DNA from: an uncultured Gammaproteobacteria bacterium | Lineage (GTDB): Bacteria; Patescibacteriota; Microgenomatia; Daviesbacterales; UBA10151 | Assembly: GCA_964500725.1 (NCBI GenBank) | Contig: CAZCNP010000002.1 | Coordinates: 197,347 to 261,346, forward strand | Reading direction: 5' to 3' | DNA: 64,000 nt | In this document: positions 29,152 through 37,371 of the stretch, in pieces | How positions within the stretch are numbered: position 1 is the stretch's first letter | How the letters are laid out: every line of letters begins with the position of its first letter | The notes under the pieces: model-generated | Databases searched by the model: none | Seen by the model: the letters and a program-made list of their open reading frames with translations, nothing else | Told to the model about the DNA's origin: nothing | Made by a program: the position numbers and the translations under genes

Positions 29152-31045
29152 AATTATGGCGCTTACAAACTTAGGTAAAAGACTAAATTCTCTAGATAAA
29201 AAATACTTAAATCCAAATTCAAATAACAAAGGCAAAAAGAGATTGTTAGTAATTCTTGCGATCGTTGCTCTTGATTTGATTATTCCAGGAGTATTTATTT
29301 TTCTGGGTTTAAAAGGGGTATCAACTAATTCAAAAAGTGTTACTGCTGCGTATAAAAATCAAAATTTCGGCCAGCTGCAACAGGGGATAAAATCAACAAA
29401 AGGAAGTTTGCAGAGCATAGATTCTTCCTTAAATTTTTGGTTTTGGATGAGGGTAATTCCATTTTTAGGAGGATACTATTCTGATATTAAAGGTTTGACT
29501 GGCGCAGGGGTGGAGGAGTTAAAAGCCATAGATATAATTTTTACCAATCTGGAAAAATCTCAGGAAGAGTTAAGGTTTGATGGCAATCCAAAAAGCGGGC
29601 CTGACAGAACAACCCAGGCGATAAATATTTTAAATAAGTCTCTACCTATTTTAGAAAAAGTAGAACCTAATTTAGTAAAGGCTGCAAGTTATGTTGAAAA
29701 TATTGATACTGCCAAATATCCAGAAAAGTTTAAAGGCAAAACAGTAAAGAAAAACTTAGAGGTAGCTAAAAATTTTATATTAGGAGCTGCGGTTGCTGCA
29801 AAAGATGGTAAAGATGCTTTGGCTCTGGCTCCTCAAGCGTTAGGTATACCTTCTGCCAAAAATTACCTGCTGCTTTTCCAGAATGATAAAGAGATACGTC
29901 CAACAGGCGGGTTTTTAACAGCTTATGCAACTCTGACTATCAAAAATGGTCAGGTTGATGCAACTGTCTCTGATGATATTTACAGATTAGATGAAAAGCT
30001 TTTGAAGGTTTGTTTGACCAAAATTTGTCCACTTTCACCTCCTGCTCCAATAGTTAAATACTTACCAGAGGTGACTGGTAAACCAAGGTCGGCTTGGAGC
30101 ATGAGAGATTCTAACTTATCTCCTGATGTGGCAACTTCTGCAAAAGAGTTTGAAAGAATGTACCAGATGCTGGGTGAGGGTTTGCCTTTTGATGGAATTA
30201 TTTTTATAGATTCCCAAGTAGTTGAGGAACTTATTGAGGTGACAGGACCAATAGATGTGTATGGAACTGTTTATTCAGCAGAAGTAGATAAAAGATGCAA
30301 TTGCCCAGGTGTAATTTATGAGCTGGAGTCTTATGCAGAAATTGCAGCCAAAGGAGAAAAAGACAGAAAAGCAATTTTGGGGGTATTGATGCAGCAGATT
30401 TTAGCAAGATCAATTGGGGCAGATATCGAAAAACTGCCACAGCTAGTTGAGACTTTGGCAAGGCTGGCAAATGATAAGCATGTAATGTTTTATATGCATG
30501 ATTCAGCTTTGCAGACTGCTTTAACTAAATTAAATTGGGTAGGAGAGATTAAAAACTTTGATGGTGATTATTTGCATATTAATGATTCAAACTTTGCTGG
30601 AGGAAAATCTAATTTATATGTTGTTCAAACTGTTACCCAGGAAATAACTACCCAGAGAGATGGAACTGTTAAGAAAAAGATTAATATTGAATATAAAAAT
30701 GATCAAGGTTTTGGGATTTGGTTAAATGGTATCAACAGAGATTATGTTAGATTCCTTGTGCCAAAGGGGAGTAAGCTAATATCTTCTAAAGGATCTGAGG
30801 TTCCTGTAACTACCAAAGAGGAGCTGGGTAAAACTGTCTTCGAGGCCTTTATCCAAGTCAGGCCTCAAAATAGCAGGAAATTTGAGATTGAATATACTGT
30901 GCCTTACAATCCTCAAGGAGAGTATAAATTGATGGTTCAAAAACAGCCAGGAGCAAAAGACTTTAGGTATAAAGTCAAAATTAATGGTTCTCAAAAAGCA
31001 GACTTTAAGTTAACCCAAGATAAAGAGATTAGTCTTAGTCTCTAA
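29141..31045 (+). CDS. Membrane-anchored extracytoplasmic protein of unknown function (possibly DUF4012-like)
   Basis: N-terminal TM (LLVILAIVALDLIIPGVFIFLGL) and a large hydrophilic domain with an RPTGGF motif. The family assignment is from memory only. Confidence 0.35.
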   Translation: MQYKIMALTNLGKRLNSLDKKYLNPNSNNKGKKRLLVILAIVALDLIIPGVFIFLGLKGVSTNSKSVTAAYKNQNFGQLQQGIKSTKGSLQSIDSSLNFWFWMRVIPFLGGYYSDIKGLTGAGVEELKAIDIIFTNLEKSQEELRFDGNPKSGPDRTTQAINILNKSLPILEKVEPNLVKAASYVENIDTAKYPEKFKGKTVKKNLEVAKNFILGAAVAAKDGKDALALAPQALGIPSAKNYLLLFQNDKEIRPTGGFLTAYATLTIKNGQVDATVSDDIYRLDEKLLKVCLTKICPLSPPAPIVKYLPEVTGKPRSAWSMRDSNLSPDVATSAKEFERMYQMLGEGLPFDGIIFIDSQVVEELIEVTGPIDVYGTVYSAEVDKRCNCPGVIYELESYAEIAAKGEKDRKAILGVLMQQILARSIGADIEKLPQLVETLARLANDKHVMFYMHDSALQTALTKLNWVGEIKNFDGDYLHINDSNFAGGKSNLYVVQTVTQEITTQRDGTVKKKINIEYKNDQGFGIWLNGINRDYVRFLVPKGSKLISSKGSEVPVTTKEELGKTVFEAFIQVRPQNSRKFEIEYTVPYNPQGEYKLMVQKQPGAKDFRYKVKINGSQKADFKLTQDKEISLSL

Positions 31046-31058
31046 TTGTATAAAGTAT

Positions 31059-32594
31059 ATGCCATCTGTAAATTCTTTGAAGAACCTTCTATTTTCTAGC
31101 AATAAATTTCATTTTCTTGTTGTTTTTTGTATTACAATATTTTTTATTTACCAAGGTAGTTATTTTAGATGGCTGGGATACGAAAGAATTCCTAAGCCAA
31201 TGTTAGATGAATTTGATTATGTTTGGCTTGGACAAAGTGTGAAGGAAACAGGCCTACCTATTGCTTGGACAACATATGATTATCTATATAGAGGTTCGAA
31301 ACTGAACTCTATGCTGGGTGGACTTCAAGGTTTTAGGATGGAGCTTCAAAATCAAGAAGTCAGTATGAGTAAGATACGAGAAATCGGTAGACCTATGTAT
31401 GCAATTAAAGAAATTGATTGGGGAGATGGAGTCAAACATTTATTCTTCGTTGCTCCTTTCTTTGAACATTCACCAGTGGGAGGTTTGATATTTAGTTCAA
31501 TGATAAATAATAAAGTTAAAGATCATTCAGAAGTTAAACCTGAGGATTTTAGAAAGCCTGCTTTAGGTATTGCTATCTTAAATAGCATTTTACTTTTTAT
31601 CTTAATTTATATGGTTTCTAGGCAATATTGGATATCATTGCTTAGTATAGTTATTTATTCTACGGTTCCAACTTACATTTTAGCTAGTAGAACTGCCTTT
31701 CTTGAAAACGCGGTTACGCCGTTCATTCTTGCGCATTTAATTTTATTATCATTAGTATCAAATATGATAAATACCAGTGCTTCTAAAAGGAGTTATTGGT
31801 TAATCTTTCTATGTGGAATAATTGGTGGTTTAGCAGTTCTTGCTAAGGAATCCGCAGCAGGTTTTTTAGTAGGTAGTTTAATTTTACTTTTAATCCAAAA
31901 GGTGTCCAAGAAGTTAGTTTTTACCTTTTTAATTGGGATAGCTACTCCATTGTTGGTATATATTTCTTGGGGGTTATGGATAAATTATAGGGTTTTTATA
32001 GAAATTTTCTTTGCCAACATTGATCGTCCCTTTTTTGGATCGCTAAAGATTGCTTCGATGCTTTCTGCATTGCGGTTTACAGATTTTCCGATTGATGGAT
32101 GGTGGACGTGGGGGTTTATTTCTTTGATTATAGTAGGATTAAATTTTGATAAAAAGTATTTACCAGTAATGATTCCATTTTTGGGTCACTTTTTTCTTAT
32201 TATTTTTTTAAGTAGCTTAAATTACCCTTGGTATTATATTTCTATGATTCCATTTTTTGCTTTTTTTTCAGCCCTAGCCTTATGGCAGATTTATAAAAAC
32301 CCTAACCTTGTAACATCTTTGGTGTTCTTCTTGGTTCCATTATCAAGTAGTTTCTATTGGGGATATGATGTTTTCCGTTCTAGCAGTGTTGGTCAGTATA
32401 GAATTTTATTCGGTGTTTTTATATTCCTTGTTTTTTTAAGGATTAAATATGGTAGTTATAAATATATTCGCTTTTTATGGACAGTCTTTTTTGTGGTGTT
32501 GATTTATCAGATTTCAAAATGGAATCTTCAATCCATGAGTTTCATTATTGATCATTGGGGAAAGCTTCCTCTTCCTAGTCTGTCTAACTTTTAG
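31059..32594 (+). CDS. ArnT/PMT-like GT-C membrane glycosyltransferase
   Basis: MLDEFDYVWLG acidic loop motif after the first TM, then a polytopic hydrophobic core. Confidence 0.55.
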   Translation: MPSVNSLKNLLFSSNKFHFLVVFCITIFFIYQGSYFRWLGYERIPKPMLDEFDYVWLGQSVKETGLPIAWTTYDYLYRGSKLNSMLGGLQGFRMELQNQEVSMSKIREIGRPMYAIKEIDWGDGVKHLFFVAPFFEHSPVGGLIFSSMINNKVKDHSEVKPEDFRKPALGIAILNSILLFILIYMVSRQYWISLLSIVIYSTVPTYILASRTAFLENAVTPFILAHLILLSLVSNMINTSASKRSYWLIFLCGIIGGLAVLAKESAAGFLVGSLILLLIQKVSKKLVFTFLIGIATPLLVYISWGLWINYRVFIEIFFANIDRPFFGSLKIASMLSALRFTDFPIDGWWTWGFISLIIVGLNFDKKYLPVMIPFLGHFFLIIFLSSLNYPWYYISMIPFFAFFSALALWQIYKNPNLVTSLVFFLVPLSSSFYWGYDVFRSSSVGQYRILFGVFIFLVFLRIKYGSYKYIRFLWTVFFVVLIYQISKWNLQSMSFIIDHWGKLPLPSLSNF

Positions 32595-32628
32595 CCCAGA
32601 ATTTATATAACTATGATAAACTCCCATT

Positions 32629-33276
32629 ATGCAAGGGATTAAGGTTGAGGGGATAATTTTAAAAAGAAGGAATTTAGGGGAAACAGACAGGATTCTAACA
32701 GTTTTTTCCTACCAAAAAGGGAAAATCACAGTTTTAGCAAAAGGGGTGAGGAAAATTACCTCCAGAAGAGCTGGGAATGTTGAACTTTTAAACAGAGGTT
32801 TATTATATTTGCACCAGGGTAAAAACTTCTATATTTTAACTGAGGCTCAATCAATAGCTACATACCAAAAGTTAAAAGAAAACTTGGGTTTATCAACTTA
32901 TGCATTACATATTATAGAACTGGTAGATAAATTAACAGCTGAGAACCAGGAAAATAGAATTTTGTATGAGAATTTAGTATTTGTGCTGCAGAAGTTATCT
33001 TCAAATCCAAGACAGATTTTTATTAGGGCATTTGAAGCTAGGATTTTATCTTTGCTGGGGTTTGTCAATTTTGGGGAGGGATTACATTTAGAAGGAGTAA
33101 GCGAGAGGACCAAAGAGCTTTTAGGAAACTTGGAAAGTTTGTCATGGGATCAGATAGAAAAGCTCCAGATAGAGGAAAAAGAGGCTCTGGAACTTGAAAG
33201 GGTGTTAAGATATCATATAGAAAGAGTGATTGAGGGTCAGCTTAAGAGTAGGCAGTTGTTAAAGAAATATGGATAA
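32629..33276 (+). CDS. recO: DNA repair protein RecO
   Basis: The N-terminal OB-fold signature GIILKRRNLGETDRILTVFSYQKGKITVLAKGVRKITSRRAG matches RecO. Confidence 0.75.
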   Translation: MQGIKVEGIILKRRNLGETDRILTVFSYQKGKITVLAKGVRKITSRRAGNVELLNRGLLYLHQGKNFYILTEAQSIATYQKLKENLGLSTYALHIIELVDKLTAENQENRILYENLVFVLQKLSSNPRQIFIRAFEARILSLLGFVNFGEGLHLEGVSERTKELLGNLESLSWDQIEKLQIEEKEALELERVLRYHIERVIEGQLKSRQLLKKYG

Positions 33277-34612
33277 TAATTTAATAGACGTGGACTATAA
33301 TTCTGATCGGATTATGGAAAAAATAGTAGCTTTATGCAAAAGAAGAGGATTTGTGTTTCCTGGATCTGAGATCTATGGAGGACTTTCAAATTCTTGGGAC
33401 TATGGTCCTTTGGGAGTAGAGCTTAAAAATAATATTAAAAAAGCCTGGTGGAAAAGGTTTGTGCAAAAAAGAGAAGATATAGTAGGAATTGATGCAGCTT
33501 TGATAATGAACCCTAAAGTTTGGGAAGCATCAGGACATATTGCCAATTTTCAGGATCCTTTGGTGGAATGTAAAAACTGCCACAGCCGTTTTAGGGCAGA
33601 CCATATTAAAGATAACAAATGTCCAAATTGTGGAGCAGAAAATTCCTTTACAACAGAGAGGATGTTTAATTTAATGTTTAAAACATTTATTGGTCCAGCT
33701 GAGCAATCTTCTAATACAGCTTATTTTAGACCAGAAACAGCTCAGGCTATGTTTGTGGATTTTAGAAATGTGCTAGATACCAGCAGAATAAGGCTTCCTT
33801 TTGGAATTGCCCAAATTGGTAAAGCTTTCAGAAATGAAATTACCCCAGGCAATTTTATTTTTAGAACCAGGGAGTTTGAGCAGATGGAAATAGAATACTT
33901 TATTCCTGTTCCTAAAACTGATGCGGACTGGCAGCAAGTTTTTGAGCATTGGAGAAAAGAAATTTTAGCTTGGATCAAAGATGATTTAGGGGTAGATACC
34001 TCTAAAGTTTCTGAACATGAAATAGAAGAGGGTGAAAGGGCCCATTATTCTAAAAGAACAATTGATTTTGAATATGAATTTCCTTTTGGTGTTTCTGAAC
34101 TTTATGGACTGGCATATAGGACTGATTTTGATTTAAAAAATCATGAAAAGTTCTCTGGGCAAAATTTAAAGTATAGAGATCCAGAGTCTGGTGAGGAGTT
34201 TATACCACATGTAATAGAGCCTACATGGGGAGTAGACAGGTCGGTATTGGTTACTTTAATAGATGCTTACTGCGAAAATGAGGGCAGAGTAGTTTTAAAG
34301 CTTAAACCAAAGCTTGCTCCATATAAAGCAGCTGTTTTTCCACTGCTGGCTAATAAACCTGAGCTGGTTGAGAAAGCAAGAAAGATTTATCTTGACCTAA
34401 AGGAAGATTTCATGATAGCCTGGGATGACAGGGGTAATATTGGCAAAAGGTATGCCGCCCAAGATGAGATTGGTACCCCATTTTGTATAACAGTTGATTT
34501 TCAGAGCTTGGAAGATGAGGCTGTAACAGTCAGAGATAGAGACAGCGCTAAGCAGGAAAGAGTAAAGATAGTTGAGTTAAAAGATTACCTGCAAAAAAAG
34601 ATACATGGATAA
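33269..34612 (+). CDS. glyQS: Glycine--tRNA ligase (alpha2 homodimeric type)
   Basis: RGFVFPGSEIYGGLSNSWDYGPLG...class II motifs; about 447 aa, typical of GlyQS. Confidence 0.85.
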   Translation: MDNNLIDVDYNSDRIMEKIVALCKRRGFVFPGSEIYGGLSNSWDYGPLGVELKNNIKKAWWKRFVQKREDIVGIDAALIMNPKVWEASGHIANFQDPLVECKNCHSRFRADHIKDNKCPNCGAENSFTTERMFNLMFKTFIGPAEQSSNTAYFRPETAQAMFVDFRNVLDTSRIRLPFGIAQIGKAFRNEITPGNFIFRTREFEQMEIEYFIPVPKTDADWQQVFEHWRKEILAWIKDDLGVDTSKVSEHEIEEGERAHYSKRTIDFEYEFPFGVSELYGLAYRTDFDLKNHEKFSGQNLKYRDPESGEEFIPHVIEPTWGVDRSVLVTLIDAYCENEGRVVLKLKPKLAPYKAAVFPLLANKPELVEKARKIYLDLKEDFMIAWDDRGNIGKRYAAQDEIGTPFCITVDFQSLEDEAVTVRDRDSAKQERVKIVELKDYLQKKIHG

Positions 34613-35528
34613 GATAAAAGGTTTTATTTTCCGAAGGAAAACAGTCCAACGGTTTATTACTGCTCATAAAACTTTAAGTTTGGTTGTGATAGTTGGGTTA
34701 GTGGTGATTTTAGGTTACTTAGGGGTACAAAAACTCACTGCCAAACCAGAAGGCCCAGCAGAAGAGATAGATTTGGCTTTTGATGCAGAAGGTCCATATG
34801 CTCAGTTATTCCCCAGAAGAGATGGCAATGCTTTAGTATTAAACCTCAAAAGGACTAGTTCCTATGGCAGTATTTCCTATGAGCTGGCTTATACCAGCAC
34901 TCCTGATGAGACAGTAGTTGAGGGCAGAAAAATTCTAGATGAAGGAGAGGGAGGAAGTGATGTTGGATCAATAGATAGAGGAGTAGTGGGAACTATTGAT
35001 ACTAAAGAAAAGAAGGGTGAGTATGAGCAGGAGATTTTATTTGGCAGCTGCAGCAAGAATGTTTGCAAGTATGATAAAGGTGTTGAAAATGGGACTTTAA
35101 CTTTAAAGATCCAAAAGGGAAATAAAATTTACAGGATGGTTACCCAGTGGCATTTGCAAAAACCAGATGTGGCTTTAGGAAGTTTAACATCCGGAGATGG
35201 GCATCTACTCTATAAGGTAGATGGGGATAGACAAACTTTAGCTAATATTGGTTTTACTATTATTAATGATTTAACAGGATTGCCAAAATTGCCTTCAGGA
35301 AAGGAAGTTACAGGAAAGGTTTATTCTTTAAATGTTCCAATTGCTAAGGAGTTGTCTAAAGGTGAGGTTAGTTTAGAGTTGGCAGAAAATCCAAAAGCTG
35401 GATCAAAACTTTATAGGTTTAATGGAAATAAAGGTGAGTGGCAGGAGTTGGATACAAAGATTGAGGGAAGTAAGTTATCTGCTAAAGCAGAAGGTGCTGG
35501 GATATTTACTGTTTTAACTTCTAAGTAG
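34605..35528 (+). CDS. Hypothetical membrane-anchored exported protein
   Basis: N-terminal TM (LSLVVIVGLVVILGYLGV) and a hydrophilic Gly/Lys-rich domain; no family recognised. Confidence 0.4.
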   Translation: MDKIKGFIFRRKTVQRFITAHKTLSLVVIVGLVVILGYLGVQKLTAKPEGPAEEIDLAFDAEGPYAQLFPRRDGNALVLNLKRTSSYGSISYELAYTSTPDETVVEGRKILDEGEGGSDVGSIDRGVVGTIDTKEKKGEYEQEILFGSCSKNVCKYDKGVENGTLTLKIQKGNKIYRMVTQWHLQKPDVALGSLTSGDGHLLYKVDGDRQTLANIGFTIINDLTGLPKLPSGKEVTGKVYSLNVPIAKELSKGEVSLELAENPKAGSKLYRFNGNKGEWQELDTKIEGSKLSAKAEGAGIFTVLTSK

Positions 35529-35552
35529 TTTCCTTAATGGTGGCTCGTTGGT

Positions 35553-35627
35553 GTACAAAAAACCGCTCGCACGGTAGAAACTTGCTCACTTGGTGATAAT
35601 TTTTTGTTTACACTCAACTTCGCCACT
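35553..35627 (+). repeat. Copy A of a repeated intergenic element: GTACAAAAAA(C/T)CGCTCGCAC ... TTGCTC(A/G)CTTGGTG ... ATTTTTTGTTTAC + ACTTCGCCACT. Upstream of mraZ.
   Basis: Direct comparison with copies at 40324..40493 and 50297..50427; terminal inverted 11-13 nt GTACAAAAAAY / ATTTTTTGTTTAC. Confidence 0.6.
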
Positions 35628-35714
35628 CGATTTTGTAATCCAGTATTTTCCCACTTGACAAATATATTCAAAATGGTTGAAAATGAGAATAGATGGTGAA
35701 TCTGCCCAAAGTAT

Positions 35715-36128
35715 ATGTTTCTGGGCAGCTTCAAAACATTTTTCAGCGGGAAGAATAGGTTAATTTTACCAAAGAGATTTAGACGTGAATTAGGTAGTGA
35801 AGAGAGATTTTACATACTTTTGGGGGAAAATGGGGAAATTTGGGGATTTGATTCAAAGAATTGGTCTAGTTTGGCAGAAAGCATCTTAAAATTCCCTCTT
35901 TCCAGTGAGGAAGGAAGGGTAAAAAGATTAAAGCTTTTCCCCAAGGCAGAGGAATGTTTCCTGGATGTCCAGGGAAGATTTATCTTGCCACAGGAGTTTA
36001 TTGAGAAATTGGATTTTAAGAATGAGGTATTAATAGTTGGGGCAGGGGATCATTTTGAGATTTGGAATATAAATCTTTGGGAAGAGCATCTAAAGAAGGT
36101 TGAGAAAGAGTATGCAAGGCTATCATAA
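35715..36128 (+). CDS. mraZ: Transcriptional regulator MraZ
   Basis: MFLGSFKTFFSGKNRLILPKRFRREL... duplicated MraZ fold; first gene of the dcw cluster. Confidence 0.8.
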   Translation: MFLGSFKTFFSGKNRLILPKRFRRELGSEERFYILLGENGEIWGFDSKNWSSLAESILKFPLSSEEGRVKRLKLFPKAEECFLDVQGRFILPQEFIEKLDFKNEVLIVGAGDHFEIWNINLWEEHLKKVEKEYARLS

Positions 36129-37002
36129 AAGTGTTCTTTTAAAGGAGGCTTTGGAAGCGCTCAATATCCGAGATGCTTATTGGTATTTAGATTGTACCTT
36201 AGGCGACGGAGGGCATTCGATAGAGATTATCAAGCGGGGCGGCAGAGTAGTTGCATTTGATGTAGACCCGCAAGCCTTAGGCAGAGCGCAAAAAAGGTTT
36301 GAAGAGCAGGGAATTGACCAAAGTAAGTTTAGGTTAGTTCAGGGAAATTTTAGAGACATTGAAAATTTAATAAAGCAGGCGGACACTGCAGATCAAGAAT
36401 TTAAAGGTGTAATTTTTGATCTTGGGGTTTCCAGTTTGCAACTTGAAACCCCTGAGAGGGGTTTTTCTTTTGGCAAAAATGGCCCATTGGATATGAGAAT
36501 GGATCCAAGTTTGAGTATTCAAGCTTTGGATCTTGTTAATAATTTATCTAGAAAGGAGTTAAATGAATTATTTTTTAGCTTGGGTGAAGAGAAATATTCT
36601 TGGCGCTTGGCTGATGTTATGGTCAGCTCCCGTCAGGTAAAGCCTTTTACCAGCACAGTAGAGCTGGCTGATGTAATTACTAAAACACTAGGAGGTGTTC
36701 GAGGAAAAATCCATCCAGCCACCAAGGTATTTCAGGCTTTAAGGATGATGGTAAATGATGAGTTGGGTGCTTTGCAGGAAGGGTTAGATCAAGTAAGAGA
36801 GGTTATAAAAAGAGATGGCAGGATTGTGGTTATTAGCTTTCATTCACTGGAGGACAGGATCGTTAAAAATACTTTTAAAAAGTGGAAACTTGAGGGATTG
36901 GGTGAAATATTAACTGAAAAACCTGTGCTGCCAACTGAGGAGGAAATAAGGGAAAATCCTAGATCAAGGTCAGCAAAAATGAGGGTATTTAAGAAAGGAT
37001 GA
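36100..37002 (+). CDS. rsmH: 16S rRNA (cytosine1402-N4)-methyltransferase RsmH (MraW)
   Basis: HKSVLLKEALEAL...YLDCTLGDGGHS...FDVDPQAL...GVIFDLGVSS, the RsmH signature. Confidence 0.85.
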   Translation: MRKSMQGYHKSVLLKEALEALNIRDAYWYLDCTLGDGGHSIEIIKRGGRVVAFDVDPQALGRAQKRFEEQGIDQSKFRLVQGNFRDIENLIKQADTADQEFKGVIFDLGVSSLQLETPERGFSFGKNGPLDMRMDPSLSIQALDLVNNLSRKELNELFFSLGEEKYSWRLADVMVSSRQVKPFTSTVELADVITKTLGGVRGKIHPATKVFQALRMMVNDELGALQEGLDQVREVIKRDGRIVVISFHSLEDRIVKNTFKKWKLEGLGEILTEKPVLPTEEEIRENPRSRSAKMRVFKKG

Positions 37003-37072
37003 CTATTATATCAGCAGGTCCGCACTCCTAAGTCGTGCAGGCTCCTCTGATGTAATTGTCAAGCTAATCGCT

Positions 37073-37369
37073 ATGACAATTATAAAAAAGTTTGATACAC
37101 AACAACCGCAAAAAGGATTTGGGAAAAAATATATTGGGCTGATTGCAGCTATTCTTTTTGTGCTGATGTTAATGCAGATATGGGTTAATAATTCTGTGGT
37201 GGAGTATGGTGAAAAGCTGCAAAAGTTATCTTCTTTATCCAAAACTTTAAGCATGGAAAACCAGATTTTGGAAAATGAGATAGCAAAGGAGCAGTCTTTG
37301 GCTAATGTGGCCTCCAAAAGCGCTGAGCTTGGTTTTTTCCAGCCAGAGAGTATACAATATATTCGCTAA
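37073..37369 (+). CDS. ftsL: Cell division protein FtsL-like (single TM plus coiled coil)
   Basis: 98 aa, TM YIGLIAAILFVLMLMQIWV then a heptad-like region; position between rsmH and ftsI. Confidence 0.6.
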   Translation: MTIIKKFDTQQPQKGFGKKYIGLIAAILFVLMLMQIWVNNSVVEYGEKLQKLSSLSKTLSMENQILENEIAKEQSLANVASKSAELGFFQPESIQYIR

Positions 37370-37371
37370 CA

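Noticed and set aside
32898-37317. ORFs 32898..33113, 33742..33978, 35534..35734, 37006..37317
   Set aside because: They are antisense to recO, glyQS and ftsL, or lie across the repeated intergenic element (35534..35734). The sense-strand genes are well supported.
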